Assembly (NCBI GenBank): GCA_963674755.2
Contig: CAXXVS010000002.1
Location: 224,001-288,000, forward strand
DNA from: Desulfobacterales bacterium
Lineage (GTDB): Bacteria > Desulfobacterota > Desulfobacteria > Desulfobacterales > UBA5852
Direction: 5' to 3'
Length of the DNA stretch: 64,000 nt
The first letter of the stretch is position 1. Each line of letters opens with the position of its first letter. Both the position numbers and the translations under genes were made by a program. Below, one piece after another: positions 51,122-60,819 of this stretch. The notes beneath the pieces were generated by a model. That model was not told the DNA's origin. It did no database searches and saw only the letters and a program-made list of their open reading frames with translations.

Positions 51122-54100
51122 AATCCTGGAACTCTCCTTCGTGGACAACGACCAGCTGGCCGGTTTTCGCCTGCAGCGGTTGGAAGTCTACAACTGGGGG
51201 ACCTTCGACCGGAAGGTGTGGACCCTGCACCTCAACGGCCGTAACGCCCTCCTGACCGGCGACATTGGCTCGGGCAAGTCCACCCTGGTGGATGCCCTCA
51301 CCACGCTGCTGGTGCCCCAGCAGCGCATCACCTACAACAAGGCGGCCGGGGCCGGGGCCCGCGAACGCACCCTGCGCTCATACGTCATGGGCCACTACAA
51401 GTCCGAACGCAACGAGGTCGGCGGCAGCGCCAAACCGGTGGCCCTGCGCGACCCCAACCATTACGCCGTCATCCTGGGGGTGTTCCACAACGCGGGCTAC
51501 CTCAAGACCGTGACCCTGGCCCAGGTCTTCTGGATCAAGGATCTCCAGGGGCAGCCCGCCCGCTTCTACACGGCCTGCGAGCGTGAGCTTTCCATCGCCG
51601 AGGATTTCGCCCAATTCGGAACCGACATCGTCCAGCTGCGCAAGCGCCTGCGGTCTTCAGGCGTCACGGTCTGGGACAGTTTCCCGCCTTACGCGGCCTG
51701 GTTCCGGCGGCGCTTCGGGATCGACAACAACCAGGCCCTGGAGCTCTTCAACCAGACCGTGTCCCTCAAATCCGTGGGCAACCTCACCGATTTCGTGCGC
51801 ACCCACATGCTGGAGCCCTTTGACGTGGCCCCCCGCATCAAGGCCCTGATCGAGCACTTCGACGATCTCAACCAGGCCCACAAGGCGGTCCTCAAGGCCC
51901 GGCAGCAGATCGAGAAGCTCACCCCGCTGGTGGCCGACTGCGATCGTCACGCCGAGCTGGCGGCTTCCGCCGACGAACTGCGGGCCTGCCGGGAAGCTCT
52001 GCAGGCCTGGTTTGCGGGATTGAAATTGGCGTTGCTGGAACAACGGCTGGGCGTCCTGAAGGAAAAGATCGGCCGACACCAGACCAAAATTGAAAGTCTG
52101 TCAGAGCGCAGGCATTCGTTGCAACTCAAAGAACGTCACTTGCGGAAGAACATCACCGAGAACGGCGGTGACCGCATCGAGCGCATCAGAGAGGAAATCC
52201 GCGCCAAGGAAGCCGAGCAACAGCGCAGAAGACGCAAAGCCGACCGCTATGCCGAATTGATCTCAATCCTGGATCTGGTGCCCGCCGAGACAGAAGAGGT
52301 TTTCCTTTCCCACATGCAACGCTGCGACGTCTTGCGCGAGCAAACGGAGCAGCGCGAGGCGCAGCTTCAAAACGACCTGAATGAAAGAAGGGTGGCTTTA
52401 TCCCAAAAGCGCAGCGAGCACGAGCAGCTGCAGGCGGAAATCGCCGGCCTCAAGGCCCGGCGTAGCAACATTGACGAAAAGCAGGTGGCCATGCGCCGCA
52501 TGATCTGCAGCGCCCTCGATCTTCCCGAAGACGACATGCCCTTTGCCGGTGAGCTGATCCAGGTGCGCGAGGAGGAGCGCGACTGGGAGGGGGCCATCGA
52601 GCGCCTGATGCGGAATTTCGGTCTGTCGCTGCTGGTGCCGGACGCGCACTACCCCCGGGTGGCCGCCTGGGTGGACAAAACGCACCTCAAGGGGCGCTTG
52701 GTCTATTTCCGCGTGCGCCCGTCGCGTAAGGCTGCCCCGTCGTCCCTGCGGCCCGATGCCCTGGGCCGTAGGATCGCCGTCAAACCCGATTCGGCTTATT
52801 ACGACTGGCTGGAAGGGGAGATCGCCAAACGCTTCGACGTGGCCTGCTGTGACACCCAGGACCAGTTTCGGCGCGAGACCCGGGCCATCACCCGGGCCGG
52901 CCAGATTAAGATGCCGGGCGAGCGCCACGAAAAGGACGACCGGCACCGGATCGATGACCGCAGCCGCTACGTGTTGGGCTGGAACAACACGGCCAAGATT
53001 GCCGTGCTGGAAAAGAAGGCTCGGCAGCTGGAAAAGCTTATTGGTGAAATGGATGGCCTCATCGCTGAGCGGGAGCGCGAGCAGCAGACCCTCAAGGATC
53101 GTCTGACCACCCTTTTTCAATTGGGCGAGCACCGCGATTTCCGGGAAATGGACTGGCGGTCCCTGGTGGCAGAGATCGCCGACCTGCAGAACGAGAAGCA
53201 GCGCCTGGAGACGGCTTCCGACACCCTGCAGACGCTGAACGCCGAACTCGAAAGGCCGAGAAAGCCGCTGCCGAAAACGAACAGCAGCTCGACCAGGTCA
53301 AGGGTCAGTGCTCCCGGCTGGAGCAGAGAAAAAGCGACACGGAAACCATGTGTCAGGAGGTGCGTGTTGTGCTGGAAGACACCGATCCGGCCCACGAGGC
53401 CTATTTCGAGCGCTTGGCGGCCTTGCGCGAGGAGGCCCTGGACGGACCGGCCCTCACGGTGGAATCCTGCGACCCGGCCGAACGCAAGCTCCGCGACTGG
53501 CTGCAGGCCAAAATCGACGCCGAAGACAAAAAACTCGCCCGGCTGCGCGACAAGATCATCGAGGCCATGCACGGCTTCCGGACCGCCTACCCCCTGGAAA
53601 CCCAGGAGGTCGACGCCGCGGTCGAGGCGGCGGGCGAATACCGGGAAATGCTGCAGCAGCTCAAGGCCGACGACCTGCCGCGCTTCGAGGCGCGCTTCAA
53701 GGAACTGCTCAACGAGAACACCATCCGCGAGGTGGCCAACTTCCAGTCCCAGCTGGCGCGGGAGCGCGAGACCATCAAGGAGCGCATCGCGCACATCAAC
53801 ACCTCGCTCTCCCAGATCGACTACAACCCGGGCCGCTACATCGTGCTGGAGGCGCAGCCCGGCACCGACGCCGACATCCGGGATTTTCAAAGCGAGCTGC
53901 GGGCCTGCACCGAAGGCGCGCTCACCGGTTCGGACGACGCCCAGTACTCCGAGGCCAAGTTCCTGCAGGTGCGCCGGATCATCGAAAAATTCCGCGGCCG
54001 CGAAGGCCAGTCCGAACAGGACCGCCGCTGGACCGCCAAGGTGACCGACGTGCGCAACTGGTTCGTCTTCGCCGCCAGCGAGCGCTGGCGCGAGGACGGC

Positions 54101-54478
54101 AGCGAGTACGAGCACTACACCGACTCGGGCGGCAAGTCCGGCGGGCAGAAGGAGAAGCTGGCCTACACCGTGCTGGCGGCCAGCCTGGCCTACCAGTTCG
54201 GCCTGGAGTGGGGCGAGGTGCGCTCGCGCTCCTTCCGGTTCGTGGCCATCGACGAGGCCTTCGGCCGCGGCTCGGACGAGTCGGCCCACTACGGGCTGCA
54301 GCTTTTCAACCAGTTGAACCTGCAGCTGTTGATCGTCACCCCCCTGCAGAAGATCCACGTCATCGAACCGTACGTTTCCGGCGTGGGGTTCGTACACAGT
54401 GAAGACGGCAAAACCGCCAGCCTGCGCAACCTGACCATCGAAGAGTACCGGGAGGAAAAGCGGAGGCAGCAGACGTGA
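51114..54478 (+). pseudogene. jetC: Wadjet JetC SMC-like ATPase split by a 1-nt frameshift near 53250
   Basis: YNWGTF and Walker [10 protein letters not shown] in one frame; SGGQKEK and IDEAF in another; adding one A at GAAAGG (53250-53255) restores the frame. Confidence 0.88.
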
Positions 54479-55665
54479 ACTGGACCCGGCCCGGCGACCT
54501 TCGTAAAATGGTTCAACGCCTGTGGGACCGGGGGGCCCTGCTGGCAAGCCTGGCCGGGGGCGAGTCCCTTTTCCCCAAACGGTTGCCGCTCAAGGGGCCT
54601 GCCTCCACCGAACTCACCCAAAACTTTGACGAGGTGCGCCGCTGGATCGCCCAGCTCGACCGCCAGGCCAAGCACTACCGCATCGTTTGGCGCCACGTGA
54701 ACCACCGGGTTCTGGGCGCCAATGACCTGCCGAGTGAAGTCTGGATCGACACCCTGGACGACGCCCTGGCCTTGGTCGACCGGCGCCGGGCGGCCGAACG
54801 GTTTACCGTGTTGGTGGCCGTGACCCAAGAGCGGCTGCCCGATCTCGATCCCTGGCTCCGCAAACGGCCTTTGCGCGCGCTGGCCCTGGCGGACGACTGG
54901 CCTCTCCTGCTCGACATCGTCACCTGGATGCGCCGACACCCCCGTCCAGGTTTGTATCTGCGCCAGGTGGACATCCCCGGCGTCCACAGCAAGTTCATCG
55001 AGGGGCACCGGTCCGTCCTGATGGAGCTGTTCGACCTGGTATTGCCCGAGGAAGTGGTGGACAGGGAGTCCCGCGGCGTGTCTGGGTTCGGCCGGCGCTA
55101 CGGGTTTCAGGACAAGCCGGTGCGGGTGCGGTTTCGTATTCTGGACGACGCTTGCGCGGTCTTTGCCACTGGCACGGACCAGGACATCGCGGTCACCCAC
55201 GACACCTTCGCCGGCCATGATCCGCCGGTCGACACCGTCTTTATCACTGAAAACGAGATCAACTTCCTGGCCTTTCCTCGGGCTGCGGGGTGTATGGTCG
55301 TTTTCGGCGCGGGCTACGGGTTCGACATGTTATCCCGGGCCCGCTGGTTGCACGACCGGCGCCTCTTTTACTGGGGCGACATCGACACCCACGGGTTCGC
55401 CATCCTCGATCAACTGCGCGGTCAATTCCCACATGCCCGGTCTTTCCTCATGGACCGTGATACCCTCATGGCCCACAAGAGCCTCTGGGGGCGAGAACCG
55501 CGACAGGAAACCCAGGATCTGCCGCGGTTGGACCGCGAGGAGCAAGCGCTGTTTGACGATCTCCGCTACAACCGATTGACCGACCAATTGCGGTTCGAAC
55601 AGGAAAGGGTGGGGTTTGACTGGGTCAAAAACAGGGTGGCGGATTTGACCGGAATTCCTTCGTGA
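54475..55665 (+). CDS. jetD: Wadjet JetD TOPRIM nuclease (DUF3322+DUF2220)
   Basis: YLRQVDIPGVHSKFIE, ITENEINF, GAGY, YWGDIDTHGF, RFEQE. Confidence 0.92.
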   Translation: MNWTRPGDLRKMVQRLWDRGALLASLAGGESLFPKRLPLKGPASTELTQNFDEVRRWIAQLDRQAKHYRIVWRHVNHRVLGANDLPSEVWIDTLDDALALVDRRRAAERFTVLVAVTQERLPDLDPWLRKRPLRALALADDWPLLLDIVTWMRRHPRPGLYLRQVDIPGVHSKFIEGHRSVLMELFDLVLPEEVVDRESRGVSGFGRRYGFQDKPVRVRFRILDDACAVFATGTDQDIAVTHDTFAGHDPPVDTVFITENEINFLAFPRAAGCMVVFGAGYGFDMLSRARWLHDRRLFYWGDIDTHGFAILDQLRGQFPHARSFLMDRDTLMAHKSLWGREPRQETQDLPRLDREEQALFDDLRYNRLTDQLRFEQERVGFDWVKNRVADLTGIPS

Positions 55666-55741
55666 TCTTCGTGGTGAGCGCTTTTGCATCAAAATAAGCA
55701 CGCGCCTTACCGAAAATTCCATTCATTAAAATGAACCAAAG

Positions 55742-55825
55742 TTGACATGTAATTCTGTAAATAATATGGTAAAGACCATTATAGTGATCCAAAATTGTTG
55801 GAATCTATGTTTATGGTACCATAAA
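55742..55825 (+). promoter_or_regulatory. hipA promoter with palindromic operator
   Basis: TTGACA-17-TATGGT; perfect palindrome TTTATGGTACCATAAA at 55810-55825. Confidence 0.65.
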
Positions 55826-55832
55826 GTGAACT

Positions 55833-57119
55833 ATGAAGTGTACGATCCAAATATTTCTTGACGACCGTTGGCAAACGGCCGCGGTGTTCGAGCCTGATCC
55901 GCAGACCCTGGACCGCGGCATTGCCGGAGGGGGGCGGCTGCAATACGACACCGACTATGCCATCGGCCATTTGGGTGAGAAAGCTGCTGAGTTGGTGCCC
56001 GGGCAACAGGTCGGCTTCGAACTGTTCCGGTTCGACCAATGGCCGCCGTTCCTGGTCGATGTGATGCCCTCGGGTGCCGGACGCCGGGCCTGGCTCCGGC
56101 GTATGCAGGTGGAAAGGGACGGCCCGCACGCGGATTGGCACTTGCTCACCCGGGGCGCCGGCAGTCCGCCGGGCCATCTGCGGATTGCCGAAGCGGTCCA
56201 GCCGCCGCCTCCGGACCATTTCAAAATCGGGTTTCCCCGCCGGGACATCGTCGAACAAGCGGAACGGTTCCTGGATTACGCCGAAGAACGGGGGGCTCAT
56301 GTGGCCGGGGCCTCCAGCGTGCAGGGGGAGGCGCCCAAGTATTTACTGGTCGAGGACCACGCCGGCATGTTTCACGCCGAGGGCGCGCTGACGGACGACA
56401 GGATCAAGGCTTTCTGGCTGGTCAAATTTCCCCGCGGGCGTCGCAGCGAGGCGCGCAACGAACAGGTCCTGCGCAACGAGGCGGCCTATCTGGAAGTGGC
56501 CCGCCACTTCGGCATTCGCACCGCAAGCCCTCTGCGATACGAACACGGGGCGCTTTTCGTGCCGCGCTTCGACCGGCGGGTGGCGGACGGCCGCGTGGAA
56601 CGCCTGGGTATGCACAGCCTATATGCCGTGGCCGGCCAATCGGGCTATGGCGCGGCGGTGTCCAATGACACCTTCTGCCGTGCCCTCGCAGCGGTCGCCA
56701 CCGATCCTGCCCGGGAATTACGGGAGTATATCCGCCGCGACATCCTCAACCTGGCCCTGCGCAACACCGACAACCACGGCCGCAATTCGGCCGTTCTGCG
56801 AAGCGGTGACCAGATCGCCCTTTCCCCTCTATTCGATTTTGCGCCGATGTTCCTGGACCCGGAGGGGATCGGCCGTGTCAGCCGCTGGGAAGACGAAGAA
56901 CCCGGCCGCCAGCCGGATTGGCGGGCTGTCATCGAAAAATTCGAAGATATTCTCCCGCCTGCGGATGCGATGCTGTGGTTGGCCGGATTAGGGGCGAAGG
57001 TTCGCCACCTTCCCGCAGCGATGCGGGATTGCCGGGTCGACGAGGATATCATCGAACGGCTTTCCCGCTGGATCGGGGAAGTGGCCGCCGGACTGATCGA
57101 TGCCGGACGCCGGGTTTAG
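55833..57119 (+). CDS. hipA: HipA family toxin kinase
   Basis: SVQGEAPK, WLVKFP, RFDR, NTDNHGRN, LSPLFD. Confidence 0.9.
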   Translation: MKCTIQIFLDDRWQTAAVFEPDPQTLDRGIAGGGRLQYDTDYAIGHLGEKAAELVPGQQVGFELFRFDQWPPFLVDVMPSGAGRRAWLRRMQVERDGPHADWHLLTRGAGSPPGHLRIAEAVQPPPPDHFKIGFPRRDIVEQAERFLDYAEERGAHVAGASSVQGEAPKYLLVEDHAGMFHAEGALTDDRIKAFWLVKFPRGRRSEARNEQVLRNEAAYLEVARHFGIRTASPLRYEHGALFVPRFDRRVADGRVERLGMHSLYAVAGQSGYGAAVSNDTFCRALAAVATDPARELREYIRRDILNLALRNTDNHGRNSAVLRSGDQIALSPLFDFAPMFLDPEGIGRVSRWEDEEPGRQPDWRAVIEKFEDILPPADAMLWLAGLGAKVRHLPAAMRDCRVDEDIIERLSRWIGEVAAGLIDAGRRV

Positions 57120-57136
57120 AAAGACAGGTCGTCATC

Positions 57137-57433
57137 ATGAAACGCCCATCACCGGACGAAATGACCCGCATGAAGGAGAACCTCTATCGCGACCTCGCCC
57201 GAGGTGCCGTCGATATCCGGGAGGCCTCGCGCCGCATGCGCCGGATCCTGGGAATGAGCCAGAAAGATTACGCCCGCAAAGTGGCTGGGATCGCGCCCCG
57301 CATCCTGGCCGAGTTTGAAAACGGCTCCGGCAATCCCACCCTGGCCACCCTGGAGAAGATCGCCACCCCTTTCGGGCTGAAGGTCACCTTCCTGCCACCC
57401 GCGTCCTGGCGAATGGAAAAAACGGATGGTTGA
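57137..57433 (+). CDS. XRE-family HTH protein, probable antitoxin
   Basis: GMSQKDYA...EFENGSGNPTLATLEKI..PFGL. Confidence 0.85.
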   Translation: MKRPSPDEMTRMKENLYRDLARGAVDIREASRRMRRILGMSQKDYARKVAGIAPRILAEFENGSGNPTLATLEKIATPFGLKVTFLPPASWRMEKTDG

Positions 57434-57455
57434 GGCGCTTTGTGTGCGGTTGGTT

Positions 57456-57552
57456 GGCCACCAAGTGGCCGTTGGTCGTGACAACCTTCGTCCCGCAAAG
57501 CGGGACAACCCACGCCCCGGGAAACGAGGCAACCTGCGCCGGCGCAGCCGGC
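57456..57552. repeat. Array of short GC hairpins, copy 1
   Basis: GGCCAC-CAA-GTGGCC, GTCCCGC-AAA-GCGGGAC, GCCGGC-GCA-GCCGGC. Confidence 0.65.
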
Positions 57553-57657
57553 ATGTAGATGGCTGCGGCCGCATCGGATCAAATTGACAACGGTTATCGA
57601 TTTGAAATACTTTAGGCATCGAAGGTAATCGGGCACTAATTGAGAGGCAATCGTGTC

Positions 57658-57954
57658 ATGGCACAGATTGACATTCCCAGAGAGCAAATTGCCGATTTCT
57701 GCCGGCGGAACCGCATTCGTCGACTGGCACTGTTCGGCTCGGTGCTGCACGGGAACGCCGGCGCTGACAGCGATGTGGACGTGCTGGTCGAGTTCGAGCC
57801 CGGTGTGCGCGTCGGTCTCAGGTTTTTCGACATTCAAGAAGAGTTGTCCGACCTCTTCGGCCGCAAGGTCGATTTAAACACGCCCAATTTCCTAAGCCGT
57901 TATTTCCGCGATCAGGTGCTGAAAGAAGCCGAGGATCTCTATGCCCACGCCTGA
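57658..57954 (+). CDS. MNT (minimal nucleotidyltransferase) antitoxin
   Basis: LFGSVL....DSDVDVLVEF, GRKVDL. Confidence 0.9.
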   Translation: MAQIDIPREQIADFCRRNRIRRLALFGSVLHGNAGADSDVDVLVEFEPGVRVGLRFFDIQEELSDLFGRKVDLNTPNFLSRYFRDQVLKEAEDLYAHA

Positions 57955-58067
57955 GGAATCGACTCATCCACGGCTATGACGCTGTGGATTTTGGCATTCT
58001 CTGGGATATCCTCAAATATGACCTGCCTCCTCTCATCCAGCGACTGGATGAGATCCTGCAGTCCTAA
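57941..58067 (+). pseudogene. Truncated HEPN (DUF86) toxin
   Basis: From 57951 reads LRNRLIHGYDAVDFGILWDIL..DLP.L (RX4HXY); the N-terminal part is missing and ATG 57941 is out of frame. Confidence 0.8.
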
Positions 58068-58114
58068 AAATTGATCCGGTCCCTGTGGGTTGGACGCTCC
58101 GCACCCGCAAGTAT

Positions 58115-58260
58115 GGGCACTCCGTGCCCGTTGGTCGTAACAACCAACGTCCCGCGTCGCGGGACCACAAACGCTCGCAAAGCGAGCACACTTACGCCAG
58201 CGCAGCTGGTAAACCCACCCCCCGCACTGCGGGGCAAACCCACGTCCCGTTTAGCGGGAC
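58115..58260. repeat. Array of short GC hairpins, copy 2
   Basis: GGGCAC-TCC-GTGCCC, GTCCCGC-GTC-GCGGGAC, GCTCGC-AAA-GCGAGC, CCAGC-GCA-GCTGG, CCCCGC-ACT-GCGGGG, GTCCCG-TTTAG-CGGGAC. Confidence 0.7.
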
Positions 58261-58751
58261 ATCTTTTAAATCATTGGACTTTTCCGATAATTTATGGGAA
58301 AAAATCCTCAAGTTTTTCGGCGTAGGCACCGATTCCCTTGTGGTTTCGCATGTTGAATTTGTCGGCAGGCTGCAGCAGCCTGCCGACCCGTATCCTGCCG
58401 ACTCGCAGGAACCTCCTTGAGTCCTATTCATGACGCCAGCGGTTCAATCAAAATTGGATCACTCTCGCTCACGCCATCAAGGCCCCAAGTGGTCTTTCCC
58501 GCCTCATCCCGCGCCTATAACAACAAAGCTAAACCAAAAACCAGATCCTCACCCAAAGACACAGGGAATCTGGGACAGCCTTTAGCGAGAAAGTTCTGGG
58601 ATATTGCGATGGTTAAGGTTCAGGCAAATGGATTGACATAAAAACATAGACGTCCCTCTTCTTGGCCCCTCTTCTTGGCCAAGAATAACCCGTTAGGCTC
58701 CTTTGACGATGTCGGCAAAATATAACTGGGAACTGGAATTAAAAAGCGTTT

Positions 58752-59956
58752 ATGCAACAAGACGTCTCGGAAAAACCACAACGCGCGAACGGACTTAAAG
58801 CGCAGCTGTTCCTCATCCTTTTCCCGACATCGATTTTTTTCCTCAACTTTCTGTCGCGGATCATCCTCGCACCGCTATTGCCAACCGTCGAACTGGATCT
58901 TGGCATCAGCCACGGCGCGGCCGGTTCGCTTTTTCTCTTAATCTCGGTCGGATATTTCGCGGCTCTATTGGCATCCGGTTTTGTTTCGGCCCGTTTTCTT
59001 CATCGACGGACCATTGTGCTTTCGACCGTATCTTTGGGGGTCGCCTTTATCTCACCGCGTTCAGCCATGGGCTTTTCGGAATGCGGATCGGCATGATCCT
59101 CCTGGGAATGGCCGCGGGCCTCTATCTCCCTTCGGGAATAGCGTCGATTACCCACTTGGTTGACGTCCGGCACTGGGGAAAGGCGCTGGCCATCCATGAA
59201 ATGGCCCCCAACCTGGCCTTCGTGGCGGCGCCCCTGCTTGCAGAGTTCATGCTGGGATGGATTTCGTGGCGGAATGTCCTGATCGTCCTCGGCAGCCTGA
59301 CGGTGGCGGCATCGATCGCTTTTTCCAGGTTCGGTCAGGGGGGCGACTTTCCGGGCCGCGCTCCCGGATTCGGGGCCTGCAGAACGCTTTTCAAACTGCC
59401 GGCCTTTTGGATCATGACGGTGCTTTTTATGCTGGGAATCAGCTCCACTTTGGGAATCTACACGATGCTGCCGCTTTTTCTGGTAACGACGCACGGCATG
59501 GATCACAGCCTGGCAAACGAACTCATCGGCCTGTCCCGCGTGCTGAGCATCGCCATGGTCCTGCTGGCCGGCGTTGTCAACGATCGATTGGGGCCCAAAC
59601 GCACCTTGATGGCGGTATTGCTTTTGTCCGGCACGATGACGATCCTGCTCGGATTAGTGACGAAGTCCTGGGTGGTTCTCATTGTTTTCCTGCAGCCTCT
59701 CATGGCCGTTAGCTTTTTCCCGCCCGCTTTTGCGCTTCTGTCTGCCGTCGGTCCACCCGATGTGCGCAATGTTAGCGTTTCACTGGCCGTGCCAGCGGGG
59801 TTTATGGTCGGTGGCGGCGTCATGCCGCTGTTTATCGGCTTTATGGGCGACAGGGGATGCTTTCCCGGCGGCATTGTCATCGTGGGGGGCTTGATTTTGG
59901 CCGGTGCCTTTCTGTCCGCATTTCTAAAGTCTCACCAGGAAAACGGGGGGCACTAA
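58752..59956 (+). pseudogene. MFS transporter, frameshifted near 59050
   Basis: FLSRIILAPLLP...SARFLHRR in one frame continues as GMRIG...NDRLGPKR in another. Confidence 0.8.
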
Positions 59957-60085
59957 TCTTCCGGCGCCTGGCACAGTCAACGATCAGGACCATCTGCCTG
60001 CCCATCCGCTCAATTCGTACAAGCCGGAGCAGCCGCTAAGGGCAAGCGGACAAACGAAAACGCCGAGGAAGTTATCGAATTCACG

Positions 60086-60562
60086 GTGCCGTGGCTCGAG
60101 GGGCGCTGCACCAATGAGGGATCCTTTGTATGGCTTTCTGACAATGTGGGCAGTCCAATCAATGTGGACACAGGTTGTAAGAGTGCCCCTTCGAATGCAT
60201 CCGAGGACGAGTTGGATATCGAGCTATATCACCACGAGTACGGCGATTTTCAGCGCCTGAAAAGGAAGAAGTGGCATTGGCAGTTTCTGGCGTCGGGTGA
60301 GGTCACATGGAACATGGCCAGTACGACTTACTCTACTTTTTACATCGGCAGCACCCGTGACAACCGGTTCTGGTCGCTGCAGGACCTTTCCCACAACCGG
60401 AAGATCGTCGCCATTGCCGAGGTGAACAACTTTCAGTCGCTCCACGTCCCCGAGATCGCCCTGGCGTTGCTGAGGACCTATTCCGGCGGCGACGATTTTC
60501 TGATTCGACAGATGACAGAGTTCGGCAAAATACCATTCCCGATTCCAGGTATGGGACACTGA
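60086..60562 (+). CDS. Hypothetical protein, possibly 5'-truncated
   Basis: 158-aa ORF with no recognised motif and no clear RBS. Confidence 0.35.
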   Translation: MPWLEGRCTNEGSFVWLSDNVGSPINVDTGCKSAPSNASEDELDIELYHHEYGDFQRLKRKKWHWQFLASGEVTWNMASTTYSTFYIGSTRDNRFWSLQDLSHNRKIVAIAEVNNFQSLHVPEIALALLRTYSGGDDFLIRQMTEFGKIPFPIPGMGH

Positions 60563-60732
60563 TGAGCGCTGATGAACACGGATAAAACCGAAAGTTTATG
60601 AGGCTTCGCCTAAACGGCCAACGGCCTACAGCCTAACCCCCTTTTTAGCCACGGATGGACACAGATACACACGGATACCCTTAGATAAGCGTACAGATCC
60701 AGAATCGAGTACCCAGGAACCAGCATCCAGCA

Positions 60733-60819
60733 ACGCACGAAACTAAACTTAGGGTTACGAAGAATGCGTCATCGTTCAACCACTTGCACAAAACTAAACC
60801 ATCGGTTACTATTTGTGCA
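60733..60819 (+). promoter_or_regulatory. Paired imperfect inverted repeats upstream of abiEi
   Basis: GCACGAAACTAAAC...GGTTAC and TGCACAAAACTAAACC-ATC-GGTTACTATTTGTGCA. Confidence 0.5.

Noticed and set aside
53240..53260. Programmed ribosomal frameshift in jetC
   Set aside because: No X XXY YYZ slippery site or clear stimulator; mutation or sequencing error is simpler.
57456..58260. Hairpin arrays as a CRISPR array
   Set aside because: Units vary in sequence, there are no unique 30-40 nt spacers, and no cas genes are present.
58654..58680. Tandem duplication CCTCTTCTTGGCC x2
   Set aside because: Possibly an excision footprint, but no element ends support it.
59954..60562. Stop read-through fusing the MFS to the in-frame downstream ORF
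   Set aside because: The stop is TAA, the MFS C-terminus looks complete, and no recoding signal is evident.
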